A model generated the notes under the pieces. That model was not told where the DNA came from and did not search any database. It was given only the letters and a program-made list of their open reading frames with translations. A stretch of 64,000 nt of DNA. It comes from Octopus sinensis. Taxonomy: Eukaryota. Positions within the stretch are counted from its first letter, which is position 1, and each line of letters opens with the position of its first letter. Below are positions 1 through 12,844 of the stretch, in pieces. Made by a program: the position numbers and the translations under genes. The DNA lies in assembly GCF_006345805.1 (NCBI RefSeq), contig NC_043003.1, positions 4,960,001-5,024,000 on the forward strand. Direction: 5' to 3'.

Positions 1-84
1 TATAACAGTATATAACGGTTGCTGATGATTCAATAGTGTATGTGTTTTATTGCTTTTATTGGGTAGCAATTATATGGGGTACCT

Positions 85-400
85 GTGTGCAGAGCGTCTA
101 CTGTCCCAGTTGCGATATTGAACAGAAAATGTATTGCGAAAGATGTCAGTTACAAATCTATGTTTCGGATTGTTGTAAGACCTGATATGGCTGGTATTTC
201 CTTTCGCGTGCTAAATACTTCTACCATAATTGGTATAATTTTCTTATTTCCGTGTCCGAAATCTCATTTGTGTCAATTCATCTTCATTCCCTCTGGTTAA
301 TATTTTGGTCAGAACAATTTGAATGTATTAAAAAATTCGATGCAAATCTTGATGCCTATATCAGGTCGGTTATCATTGAACTCTGTTTCAGCCTGGTAAG
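85..400 (-). mobile_element. Possible highly decayed Dong/R4-like LINE 3' (RLE endonuclease) remnant
   Basis: Minus-strand fragments DNRPDI and KIIPIMV resemble the RPDI / KIIPIVIGALG motifs of the element at 57660-57970; many stops. Confidence 0.3.
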
Positions 401-976
401 ATCGACTCATCCAACTGGTGATTCTCATCCTAATCATCATTATTATTATCTCAGTAGTTATTATTGTCATTAGGATGGTTGCTTTTATTATTAATATCAG
501 GGCCATTTTTACGGTTTTATTTTTTTTTGCTAGATTATTGCTTCATTAAACATTGTCCTTGGTTATAACTTCCCTCCGAAGCAGACTAAAGTTAAATTAA
601 TATAATTTCACAACTATTTCATTAAATTTAATGAAATTTCACTCTGATTTTCACATACGTCTAGGCTGTTTGTGCCATAACATTTACCAGTTTTAACTGA
701 TACACCAGTTTGTAACTGTTTATATGGCACATATATGTAAGTATAAAGTATATGGATAGCGAAGAAAGAATAGCAAATTCTTTTGAACATCCCATCGCAG
801 AATCCGAGCGGATAATGAGGATTAAAACTGATTAAATGAATGTATTTTGTGAAGGATACCAATCAAAGATGGCGACTACACTACATCTTCCTGCTTTTTG
901 ATACGCGTCACGAACGCGTTGGTATATTGAATTGTAGAATGATTGATAGCACAATAGATTTTGGGTAATAGCAATC

Positions 977-1008
977 ATATATATATATGCATATATATAT
1001 GTACATAT

Positions 1009-1050
<42 letters not shown>

Positions 1051-1153
1051 GCATATATATGTACACATACAAACATATATATATAAATATATATATATAT
1101 GTACACATACAAACATATATATATAATATATATATATATGTACACATACAAAC

Positions 1154-1187
<34 letters not shown>

Positions 1188-1198
1188 GTAAATATACG

Positions 1199-1230
<32 letters not shown>

Positions 1231-1615
1231 TGTGGGTGTGTATATCTGTATGTATGTATAAATATATGCATGCACTCACACACAAATACTATGTATATAT
1301 ATATAAATATACACATATATATACGTATATATACATACACATATATATACATACATATATATGCATACACATATATATACATACATATATATACATACAC
1401 ATATATATACATACATACATATATATACATACACATATATATACATACACATATATATACATACATACATATATATACATACACATATATATACATACAT
1501 ACATATATATACACATATATACATATACATACATATACATATATATACATATATATGCACATATATATATATATATATACACACATATATATATATATGT
1601 ATATATTATATACAT
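977..1615. repeat. Compound (TA)n/(TACA)n microsatellite
   Basis: Direct inspection; source of the YIYI ORFs. Confidence 0.95.
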
Positions 1616-3239
1616 TCAATCATAGCAGTATATGGAGAGAGGTAGTAAGTAGCAGAATGAGATAAAAGGTGAGAATAAGAGAGGACAGAGAATAAATGTG
1701 TCGCTTTTTCTAAAACTGTTCTCTTGACGCCTCATCCTTTTGGTTCCTTACACCAAAATAACATGTTCAACCTAAATGCAATATATTTGTCCCCACCACT
1801 AGTATTCCGATTCATTCTAGCATGTAAGCTTCCATTCCTCCGGTTAATTCCTTGAGGTATAAATATTCCCAGTTTGACGGTTCAGTGAATCTGATATTCT
1901 TTGCGTAATGCAATCACTGTTATATTGAAGAACTTGTAGAGAAATCTGCGAATATTTGACGAAAGTATTGATATTCTGGTGTATATCGGATGATATAAAA
2001 AAGATGAAAAAAAAAAAAAACGAAAATACCAAACATTGGACGATTTCATAATTCTTTGAAAAATAGGAAATACGGCTGGGTATCGGAAAGGAAGAATAAG
2101 TGCAAATCGATATTGTGACAGTGGGCGTTTCCAGTAAGAGATATGTCCTGCATGTCTAGTTAAGACGTCGTAAATTATCGAGCGTCATTAACAATGTGGG
2201 AAATATCATAACTCGAGCGATAGATAATAACACTCTTAAGATAAATATGTTTGTAGAAAGACAAAGAGATGAGGTCTGTTTAGTTATCTCAACGATAATT
2301 TTAGCAAAGGAAATATAAATGGAAAAATATCAGCCCATACCTGGAACGTCATGCCCTCCACACACCGCTCCTTATTTTCTTTTTAAGAATCAAAAGACAA
2401 AAGTAGAACCGTTAAAGAGGTCACGGATGGTTAATGTCCAAATACCTGCACGCACACAGACAAGCAGTCACTCGAGTCTACACGCTCAGTCACACACACG
2501 CACGCACAGACACATACACACAAACTCATCCTTACCTTCTCTTGTAAGCAACCATATCTACATACACACATACAAGCATACATACACAGAAACATGAGAC
2601 TAATCCTGAGACAGACTCAAGGCAGACATCGAAGTGAGAGGGCATGTTATTGATGAGGTTAAGAAGAGCGACGAAAGGGTTTTAACAAACAAAAACCGAT
2701 TGATTATAATCAACGTAGAGCAACACATCAAACAAACGATCGATTAATTAGCTGGTTAGATATTTAACCAATTCCTATTATTAGTGACGTAATCACTCTC
2801 CCCAGACACAACAAAGCAAAATAAAGGGAAAAACAAACTATTTAAGAATTTGTTGTAATTGCCAACGCAAAACCCGTTGAAAATTACTGGTATTCTGCAT
2901 TAACATATCCAAGTCCAACTCGGTGGTGATCCGGACCCTAACACAGCTAGCAGTTCAAATCTGCTTGTTCATCTCTACACTCTATATGCTATATGCAATG
3001 GGTTATCAGACAAAAAAGCGGGCAGTTCCCCTCATATTTAATTCCGTTTGAGTGTTACTTGAACTGACACACAAAATATTTTTATCGTGGTGCAGTGTGT
3101 ATTTATTCATTTCTTGCTCTGTTCTTCGTCTGTAATTTTGTGTATCGTTTTTGAAATTTGAATAAGTACAAAAAAAAAATGAAAGTATCGATCTAACAAC
3201 CCACTACAGCATATGTGGGCAGCAAACAGCTAATCATCG

Positions 3240-3412
3240 GTTTCAAATTTTGGCTCAAGGCCAGGAATTTCGGGACAGGGGCTTGGCGATTACATCGATC
3301 CCACTGACCAACAGGTAACAGGTAGTTACTTTATTGACCCCCGAAAGGGTGAAATGCAAAGTGGAATTTGGAATTTGAACTCAGAAAGTAAAAAACCAGA
3401 CGAAATGCCGCC
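3240..3412 (-). mobile_element. SINE family 1 copy (decayed)
   Basis: Reverse complement matches 6790-7005 (gacccccgaaagggtgaa...gaatttgaactcagaa...gacgaaatgccg). Confidence 0.75.
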
Positions 3413-3775
3413 ATGGAATGGGGAGTAAATATCGGTAATTAGCGAATCTAAGGGAGGCACTTAGATGTAACTCTCATCATAGGATACAATGTACTCCAGT
3501 CGCACCCACAGGGTCCATGTCGTAAGTACGGGGAAATGAAATCGAAAGCATTCCGAGTGACAACGCTGAGGCTCATACTTTGCAGAAAATGTCAGAGTAA
3601 TAAAGGACTAGGAAGTACTTTGGAGGAGAATTAGCTGTTATTTCTTTGTCCATCGAGTGTAGAGAGGACGTAGTTTATCTGTTGGCCTATATACACCCAT
3701 TCACATGCACATATATACATAAATATCTATAGGTATATACACGCATATATATATACACACACACGTGCGTGTGTA

Positions 3776-3963
3776 CCGTTGGCGATTTTTTCCCTCCGTC
3801 TTCCCTTCCTTGGATCTTTCCTTTTCCTATGTTTCTGATGAAGCGATCCGCTCGAAACGTTAAATCCTCCTTCTTTCTTTTCTTTCCTGAGCGTCCAATA
3901 ACGCTACTTGTTCCATGTCCTCGCGTTGTTGTGTTTTCTCTGTGATTTCATGTTTGGATTAAC

Positions 3964-3964
<1 letters not shown>
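3776..3964 (+). mobile_element. Short HHR-bearing repeat between microsatellites
   Basis: HHR-like motif at 3831-3865; 3' half recurs inverted at 40320-40408 and more decayed at about 43505-43600. Confidence 0.6.
3831..3865 (+). ncRNA. Minimal type I hammerhead ribozyme
   Basis: gttt CTGATGA agcg-atc-cgct c GAAA cg T T aaat: core boxes, stem II with one extra C, palindromic ACGT helix III, short helix I. Confidence 0.6.
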
Positions 3965-4009
<45 letters not shown>

Positions 4010-4780
4010 AAGATTAGATATTTATATATTTATTATATGACACAATAGCATTTGATTTGAGGAATATTTAGCTACAATGTTTTGCAAGTCGAGCGAATAC
4101 GGAGATTGTTTCGCGCATTTAGTATATATGACAGAGAAATACATTTCAAGAATATTTAACTATTATTTTTAGTGAATCGAGCTAATACGATTTTCATCGG
4201 CCTCCATAAGTGCCATAAACCTCTTGTGTTATTCACCAATTTTAGTATTTTGTAGGGAAAAATCTGTGTATTTAACATAAACATATTGCACTCATATTTA
4301 CCGAAGTTATTCTGTTCCTGTAATTATTCTCCAGATAGTTGCTAAGTATTCATCCTTCCAGCAAATTGTATTTATTAATACAGTTGGTTGCACTGCACTG
4401 TATTAGCATTCCTACACACACACAAGCGCGCGCACATACATACATGGACGGAAACACGAACGCATACGAACACAAACACACACACACACACACATACAAA
4501 TACGCACACAAACAAGTAATTCATTCATGACAACTACAGAAAAATGGAACCCAAAAGGAAACCACAAAAACATGACAAAATGATATTGGAAAATGAAACG
4601 GAGCCGACGTGGATGAGAAGCCGCCACTCTGATGGTTATCTATGGAGCACGGGTACAATATAAATAACAGTTCTCGCCTGAAGATTGCAGTGTGCATGTA
4701 TGTATGTATGTATGTATGTATGCCTGTGTATGCATACATGTTTGTTTATATGTTTATATATATATATATATATATATAAT

Positions 4781-5225
4781 AGAAATATTAAAATTACTAA
4801 GTCTCTCTAAAGGAGATTACGGCAGCGTTACTGGAAATTAATAGTTATCGCCATACGTATATGGCAGTCTTATAAATATAAGACTAAAGCTGTCGCTGAT
4901 TAGCTCCAAGAGGCCACCGCCTCAAGCTAGCTATTTGACACACAACCTGCGTTCATTATAAACCTTCGAACAGGGACAGTCAGTAGCGACACCTGCTGGG
5001 TCTCACTACGCTGCATTGATAAAGGGCAAATACCCTGAAACATGTCTGCAGCTGTCTGACTGGCAGGATGAAGCGGCTGACCTCCCCTCTTCGAAGGTTT
5101 ATAATGGACGCAGGTTGTGTGTCAAATAGCTAGCTTGAGGCGGTGGCCTCTTGGAGCTAATCGGCGACAGCTTTAGTCTTATATTTATAAGACTGCCATA
5201 TACGAATGGCGATAACTATTAATTT
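4781..5225. mobile_element. Foldback element with 136-bp inverted arms and central HHR, in a (TA)n tract
   Basis: Arms 4835-4970 and 5090-5225 (about 3 mismatches); unique extension 4781-4834; (TA)n on both sides. Confidence 0.85.
5010..5052 (+). ncRNA. Type I hammerhead ribozyme, U3:A8 core variant
   Basis: gctgca TTGATAA aggg-caaata-ccct GAAA catg TC tgcagc: 6-bp helix I, 4-bp stem II, palindromic helix III, GUC site at 5046. Confidence 0.8.
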
Positions 5226-5408
5226 ATATATATATATACTTAAGTATATATGCCTGTCTCTCGCTAGTGTTACAAACAAGAGTGCTTATACGCACCAAAA
5301 TCCTTATAAGAAGTTCTCTGGTGTTAATTATCGCAGTATTCTGTGTTCTAACACAATATCTACTTTTATGTGTGGATACATTATTACCTAAATAAATAAA
5401 TGTATATA

Positions 5409-5481
5409 TGGTGGTGCTATTAAGTTAGACATGGCCTGGGCCAATAATGGTGGAAACCTATCAAAGTATCAAAGTATCAAA

Positions 5482-5483
<2 letters not shown>
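5409..5483 (+). mobile_element. CR1-like LINE extreme 3' end with 8-bp tandem tail
   Basis: ggtggtgctattaagttagacatggcctgg matches the 3' UTR of the LINE at 52515-53020; ends in (atcaaagt)3. Confidence 0.75.
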
Positions 5484-5519
<36 letters not shown>

Positions 5520-5521
<2 letters not shown>

Positions 5522-5849
5522 CTTATAATTAAGGGCTAAAGAAGGTGATTCTAAAGCCAATACACTGATTTATCCACTTATAATCCACTTGTTACAGGAA
5601 AATTGAACTGATAGCGGGCAACTAACCTTGAAATTAAAATTTTCTAAAGGTTAGTTGCCCGCTTTCAGTTCATGTAACAAGTGGATTATAAGTGGATAAA
5701 TCAGTGTATTGGCTTTAGAATAACCTTCTTTAGCCCTTAATTATAAGATGTTTATACTTCAACCGTAAAGGTTTTTTTAATATACTGCCACGCTTTTTGA
5801 TGGAATCCCTTTCTGTAGAGAAAGGGACTTCATCCTATATTATTAGTAG

Positions 5850-5851
<2 letters not shown>
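5520..5851. mobile_element. Foldback element (about 105-bp arms) with right-side extension, in (TA)n
   Basis: Arms 5520-5629 and 5647-5749; extension 5750-5851; no HHR core seen. Confidence 0.8.
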
Positions 5852-5904
<53 letters not shown>

Positions 5905-5905
<1 letters not shown>

Positions 5906-7820
5906 TGAATTCAATTATCATTGTATCTCTAAGAAAGGAGGCGCTAGCCATCGATTACATCAACATTGAGGAAACAGAACCAGCGTCCATACATGAAATG
6001 AACTCATGCTCCGCAACTGGTCCTGATGGCTTCCTAGCTATTCTCCTGAAGTCACGTAAGCAGGCTTTAGCGAAACCACTTCAGATTCTTTTCCTAAATT
6101 TCCTTGCAACAGGTAAACTTTCTAAAAAGATAAAAGAAGGCATGATATGCCCTATTCACAAAGGTGGAAGCAGAGCAGAGGCCAAAAACTACAGGCCAAT
6201 CTCTCTGACTTCACATATCATTAAAGTCATGGAACACATCATCAGAAAAAAAGTTGATAATGTTCCTAGAAGAAAATGACCAACTGAACAATACGCAGCG
6301 TGGCTTCCGTCCAGGAAGAAGCTACCTCACGCAGCTCCTAGAGCACCTTGACTGGGTTTTGAAACATCTGCTTTTGAAACAGCAGCTTCACCTATCAGAT
6401 ATCATCGTTAGATACCTGACCTTGCAAAGAGATTTGGTATGGTAAATCATGGCATGATATGTCATAAGACAGAGACCATTGTTGGTAAACTGGAAGAGTG
6501 TCTTCATGATTCCCTTAAAGAGAGAAATCAGGCAATTGCAGCCAATGTTAGCCTTTCTGACTAAACTCAAATCCTTAGTGGCGTCCCTCAAGAAACTGTT
6601 CTGGGGTCATTATTGTTCATAATGGCTCGTGTAGACATGCCCACGGTAACTCGGACAGCCACTGTCACTAGCTATGCCAATAATACAAAATTATCACTGG
6701 CAGTAAAATATGAAAACGACGACGTAATCTTACAGATTTCGATATACAGATGGACCGGAATAAACAACATGCAGTTTAATGTGGGAAAAGGCGGCGAGCT
6801 GGCAGAAACGTTAGCACACCGGGCGAAATGCGGAGCCGTATTTCGTCTGCCGTTACGTTCTGAGTTCAAATACCGCCTTTCATCCTTTCGGGGTCGATAA
6901 ATTAAGTACCAGTTACGCACTGCGTTCGATGTACTCGACTTGATCTCTTTGTCTGTCCTTGTTTGTCCCCTCTATGTTTAGCCCCTTGTGGGTAATAAAG
7001 AAATAAATATGGGAAAATTTCAAGCACCACTATCAACTCGCGAATGCACTACAATCTGCATATACAGGACCCAAAGGCACTATAGTACCAGAGTCACAAG
7101 CAGTGAAAGACTTGGGGGATCAGAATGTGCAATGACGCATCATCTTATATGCACATTACCATGAAGGCAGCAAAAAGCATAGAACTGGTAGAATGGTTAC
7201 TGAGGTCCTTCAAGACAAGAGACGAAGAAATAAACTGTGGAGAACCTTTGTTCTCAGCCGCCTAGACTACTACTTCCAGTTATGGTCATCACATAGTGTC
7301 AAACTAACAGCGCAGTTCGAAGCATTTCAACGCCATTACACTAAACGTTTGAAACAGAGCAGCTGATGAGCTACAAGTATAGGCTGAGAAATCTGCAACT
7401 TTACTCCCTGGACCGAAGGCAAGAGATAAGCAATAATCTGCGAATGGAAAACTCTAGGTCTAGTACCTAATTTCGCCATTGCCTGTTATACAAATGCCAG
7501 AACTGGCCATTGTATTTTACCAAAAGTACCATCCACTCCATCTAAATTCAGGACTAAGTACTGCAATTGTCTAGGGATCAAATGCCCAGTTCTTCAATGC
7601 CCCTGCCACAAAAAATTAAGAAATCTGCATAAGGTGGAACAAGATGTCTGGGAAAAGGAACTAGACGTACTCTTCTCCACAACACCAGGTAAACCAACAG
7701 CTGGGACAAAGGCACATACAGGTGTGGGGGTGTGAAACACACCAGACTGAGGAGATCAGAAAGACAACGGTAATGCACCAGGAGGACTGCAGCCGCGTGG
7801 CTGAAACGAGTAAAAGAGTA
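5905..7820 (+). mobile_element. 5'-truncated decayed CR1-group LINE (reverse transcriptase), interrupted by a SINE
   Basis: SATGPDG, PIHKGGSRAEAKNYRPISLTS, GFRPGRS, GVPQ-like and YANNTK (YADD-like) motifs; frameshifts; tail ctgaaacgagtaaaagagta. Confidence 0.9.
6790..7005 (+). mobile_element. SINE family 1 (tRNA-derived, Meta-domain-like centre), near full length
   Basis: A box tggcagaaacg, B box gagttcaaat, gcctttcatcctttcggggtcgataaattaagtacc; TSD aat(g/a)tgggaaaa at 6778-6789 and 7006-7017. Confidence 0.9.
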
Positions 7821-7942
7821 CTATATATATATTTAAAAAAGGAGATGTGGAATACGAGTTGTGATATATAAAAAGAGGAAATGAAGAAAATGCTGACAAA
7901 ATAATTTAAGTAAGGGAGAGTGTATTTAATTAGGTGAAAGTT

Positions 7943-7980
7943 CTTTTTACCGGTTGCGCATTTGTAATGCTTATCAAAAG
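7943..7980 (-). ncRNA. Decayed hammerhead, U3:A8 variant
   Basis: Minus strand: ctt TTGATAA gcatt-aca-aatgc GCAA ccgg TA aaaag; GAAA changed to GCAA, weak helix I. Confidence 0.5.
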
Positions 7981-8225
7981 ATATTTTTTTAAGAGAGATA
8001 GAGTTCCTTTCTGATAAATTTTTTTCTCTTTTATATATATATATATATATAGACACACATACTGATTGCTTTGTGTTTTGGCCCTGGCGGTTCATGAGTC
8101 ATAAAGAGTCAGCTGGCAGAAAAGATGGTTCTTTTCTGCGGGTCGACAATGCGAGTTTCAATTCCAGTCACTCTTAGTATTTTGACTAGCATTTTGGTGA
8201 TGTGCCATCGCACCAATTGCCATTG

Positions 8226-8270
<45 letters not shown>

Positions 8271-8277
<7 letters not shown>

Positions 8278-8571
8278 ATCCTGTGACCGACCAGACCATC
8301 AGATGTTTTACACATCGCTGGTCACAATGCGTTCGCATTGTTTTAGCCTTCGAATGACGCCACCCCGCTGGCTAAGCGAGCAGGCCAACAGAAGAGTGAG
8401 AGAAAGAGTGGTGAAAGAGTACAGCAGGGATCACCACCCCCTGCCGGAGCATCGTGGAGCTTTTAGGTGTTTTCGCTCAATAAACACTCACAACGCCCAG
8501 TCTGGGAATCGAAACCGCGATCCTACGACCGCGAGTCCGCTGCTCTAACCACTAGGCCATTGCGCCTCCAC
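8271..8571 (-). mobile_element. SINE family 3 (tRNA-derived head), tail type Y
   Basis: Head gtggaggcgcaatggcctagtggttagagcagcggactcgcg...ggtttcgattccc shared with 45802-46140; 3' half differs. Confidence 0.9.
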
Positions 8572-9646
8572 ATATATCACTTATGATAAAAGGCAGATTT
8601 TCTCTGCCTCCCAAACCGTTCGTTTTTTATACAATTCTACAATATAGAATTTCTTCAATTGGAATTTACCTATCATTTTTACAAGTAGATTCCATCGGGT
8701 CGTGGCATGTAAAGTTTTTTCAATTTCACCCCCAATTAAGCAAAAATTCGAGAAAAGTAAATATTTTACGATTCCCCTCTTTCATTTCAAGTGCTTCACT
8801 CCTACCATTACCACTACACTTTCTCCTCCTTTCTCTTTGCAAGTGTGCTACAATTAAAGTGAAAGGATTTATATAAAAGGGATGAGCAATTAATACTGGT
8901 CATCCTTTTTGCTAGAAGAAGATCCGCTGTTGTCTTATATGCTACACCACTGGTTTTCATTTCATATTAATCAAATTAATATTCAATTTTTCACCCTTAT
9001 TATGTGTGTGTGTATTAGCAATTCGTATAAAATTGCATCAATGACTTGAACTTGAATAAGTGGTTTCACATAAATGGGGATACATTAAAAAGGTTTGTTG
9101 TTATTATTATTACTGTTTGACTATTGTAATCACGTTTGTTGGTTCCTCGTCAGGGAAACGTTGTTGTGTTGCATTTGTTAAATAATTGTAAATCGTAACC
9201 CTCCCCCTTTCGGAGAAGGGGCTTTGGTTATTGTTTTCAAATTGAATTGTGTCCCTGTTTGGGGAAATTGACAATATTTTCACCGCCTTTACGGAAGCAT
9301 TTTTGTTAAAATGCCTTCGATAGAAGAAAGTCCAAAAATGAATTTCGCTGCAGCCGTACACTTCTATACAAGAGTGGGGACAATATCCAATTGATCGAAA
9401 TTGCAAGAGACGGGCCTACAATTCCAGTCTGTTATATATTTTGAGTATTTTTATCACTAGCGATATCAAGATATAACTTTCTATTTTGTATTTTATGTGT
9501 AGATGTATATATATAGATGTGCATGTAATATGTACACATATATATATATACATATATACATGCATAATATATCTACCCATACACACACGTACACACACAC
9601 ACATACATAGGGGCAGGTGTGGCTGTGTGGTAAAAAACTACGTTCG

Positions 9647-10960
9647 AAGATACTGTACTTGATATGGGCGGTAGCGCCTTGCCGGTCTATGGCCTACCTT
9701 CAACAAACCGGGAAGGCACAAACACTCTGTCTTCACATTTGCTGCGTGAGACATGTTTTAATGTTGACGAGCTTGCCGAGTACATAGCCGACAATGAGCC
9801 AAAGCTCCCTCCAGAACAGAAGTTCGCTTACAACTCCGTTGTTAATTCAGTCCGGGCTAAAGCTGTGGGGATATTTTTCCTGAACGCTCCTGGGGGCACT
9901 GGGAAAACTTTTCTCAACAAATTAATATTGGCTGAGATTAGGCGAACACAAGGCATTACCCTAGCTGTGGCATCATCTGGAATTGCGGCTACTTTGTTGC
10001 CAGGCGGCAGGACAGCTCACTCCACTTTTAAGCTTCCGCTTGACTTAGCGAAGACTGAGACCCCAACTTGCAACATCAGTAACAGCTCCGATCAGGCAGA
10101 AGTCTTCAGACGATGCAAGCTTATCGTTTGGGATGAATGCACGATGGCCCACAGAGGTGCTATTGAGGCATTAGATAGATCTCTGAGAGACATCAAACAC
10201 TCTTCAGCTCCCATAGGAGGCATAACACTTCTTCTTTCAGGGGACTTCCGACAAACACTTCCCGTTATTCCCAAAGGGACTAGAACTGATGCAGTAAGTG
10301 CGTGTCTTAAGTCATCCACATTGTGGCCACTGGTGAAGACTCTCAAACTTCACACCAATATGCGTGCTCATATGCGACGTAATATCACATCAGCAGCATT
10401 TTCTCACTCATACCCTCCTTGCACTTGGCGAAGGCAAAATACCAGGGGATGAAAATGGTAATATTGCCATCGATTCCATTTGTACCATTGTTAAAACGCC
10501 TTCTGATCTCAGAGATGCAGTGTTCCCAGATCTACAAGCTAATTATCATAATATGGATTGGATTGGCCAAAGGGCTATTCTGGCCCCGAGGAATAAAACT
10601 GTTCACCATATTAATGATGAAATGCTAAAACTCATTCCTGGGGATGTCTATGTATATAAGTCTATCGATACAACTCCTGACCCAGAGGACGTCATCAACT
10701 ATCCAATAGAGGTACTCAATTCCTTTGAGCCCCCCGGACTACCACCACACATTCTCAAACTTAAAGTTGGTGCCCCTATAATGCTCATTAGAAATTTGGT
10801 TCCCCCAAAACAATGCAATGGTACACGTTTGATCGTTAAGTCCTTATCTCCCACCGTAAACTTATATCAATATTTGCCTGAATAATCATCATAATTCAGT
10901 GCAATCATTAACAGTACTTTCAAGCAATTCAGCCCCGAGCATCGCCGGGAAAATCTGCTA

Positions 10961-10961
<1 letters not shown>
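9647..10961 (+). mobile_element. Helitron fragment: Pif1-like helicase pseudogene plus intact 3' terminus
   Basis: PGGTGKT, ASSGIAATLLPGGRTAHS, WDEC, GDFRQTLPV, CNGTRL; frameshift near 10410; terminal hairpin cccgagcatcgccggg at 10934-10949 and CTAG at 10958-10961 followed by T. Confidence 0.93.
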
Positions 10962-11010
<49 letters not shown>

Positions 11011-11013
<3 letters not shown>

Positions 11014-11330
11014 TTGATAGGGAAGACAGCGTACTGTGAGCTTTATTTAGTACGACGATCGTTTCGGCTTTCATCTGCACTGCTGGTGAGTGAAGAACGA
11101 TATAATGGAATCGAATACAATCCACATTGCAGAAGAAACCTCATCAGGTTACATAATAATACGCTAAATGTAGCGTATTATATCAGGTGATGAGTCTTCT
11201 TCTGTATTGTGAAGTACATTCGGTTCCATTGTATCGTTCCCCACCCACTAGGTAGGAATGCAGATGTAAGTCGAAAAGATTGTCCTGCTAAATAAAGTTT
11301 ACAGTACACTCTGCCTTCCCTATCACTTAT
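11011..11330. mobile_element. Diverged foldback element with an HHR in each arm
   Basis: Arms about 11015-11166 and 11171-11325, roughly 75-80% identical; centre taatacgcta-aatg-tagcgtatta; AATAAA downstream of each HHR. Confidence 0.8.
11050..11152 (-). ncRNA. Hammerhead ribozyme with long stem II
   Basis: Minus strand: CTGATGA ggtttcttctgca...tgcagatgaaagcc GAAA cgatcg TC. Confidence 0.7.
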
Positions 11331-12529
11331 TTAAAATATAATAGACGTGTCCTTATTACACCTCGAAGTAGGAATCCTTCTCGACTAATTCTCGGATTTC
11401 GAAATCTGTATACCAATTAATGCAAGAATCCTAAAAAAAAAAGATTCCTAAGATTTCACTGGACATTTTGTCACTAAAACACGATAACACTACTACTAAC
11501 TAAACTAGCGTCAAACTGCTTATTATTATACCTACTACTACTACTGCTGCTGCTGCTGATGATGATATAGTGGTGGTAATACTGGTTTTGCTGCTGTTGT
11601 TGGTGGTGATGTTGAAGAATTCGGCGGTGATGATGAGGATGATTATGATGATCATGATGATAAAACAAATAGAAAAGAAGAAGAAGAGAAGACTTAAAGA
11701 GGACAAAAATGATGAGACAAGATGAGAGAAAAAAAGCAAAGCAAAGAAATGACAAAGTATTAAAAAACCGCAAAAATCAGAAGAATTTGACGAAAGAAGA
11801 TGAAGAGGTTGTAATATCGTTTTGTGAATGTCATTTTATTCCATTCAACGCATTCTTCGTCTAAATTTCCGTAAAGTCTGCTAATACTATTGATGTATTT
11901 CAAATTGCAATAATAATAATAATAATAAAGTAGAGATTAAATTGAAAATGGGAATTAGATGGAAAATAATGAAAAAAAATAGAGACAATTTCAAGAAACT
12001 AAGAAGAAATTTAAACACGAAATTTGTTGAATTGAAAAACACCAGAGCAATAGAGGAATTAGGGGAAACATTTCTCAATTCCACTTTATGACCCATTCTA
12101 CGTAATTATCCATTCTTCAAATTCCAATATTTGTTGATATTTCTTCAAAAAAAATCTCTTTCTCTTTTATAAACTTTCATCTCTCTAATGATAAAAAAAA
12201 GACAACCAAAAAATTCGCACTCAATTTTATTGCTTTTGTTTCTAATTTTCGGATATTTTCTTCATATCTTTCTCATCAAGTTTTCTTTAAAATTATATTT
12301 TGATTTCATTGTATTTTTTTTTTTGTATTTTATATTTCGTATTCTTGGTAGAACAGTTTTTTTTTTCTCTCTCAATTGAGATATTATTTAAACATTTTGG
12401 TTTATGTTTGCTCCGTTAAACACTGAAAATGGCCTCTTCATTTTCGCCTATTGTTTCTCCGTTAATCTCTTTGAGAGATCGGTCGCTTTATTGGCAAGCA
12501 CAACAACAAACACACTGGCCAGCGAATGT

Positions 12530-12810
12530 ATATACATACATGCATATATTCATACATACAAACATACACACAGGCACATACAGATGTGCATATATGCATA
12601 CATACATACATACATACATACATACATACATACATACATACATACATACATACATACACGGAAACGAACATAAAGGCACGAATAAATAAACTCAGTCATG
12701 TGCTTATGTATATATATATATCTTTTGGTGATTATATGTGCGTGTAAGTGCTGTCTATGTAGGTATTGCACTATGTATATAAATATATATATGCATCTAT
12801 GTATATATAC

Positions 12811-12844
<34 letters not shown>

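Noticed and set aside
9128-9156. Minus-strand CTGACGA...AAACGTG hammerhead-like motif
   Set aside because: G12 is missing and helices I and II do not form; at most a decayed remnant
11530-11810. His/Gln/Ser- or Asp/Lys-rich ORFs
   Set aside because: Degenerate trinucleotide repeats, no splice or domain evidence
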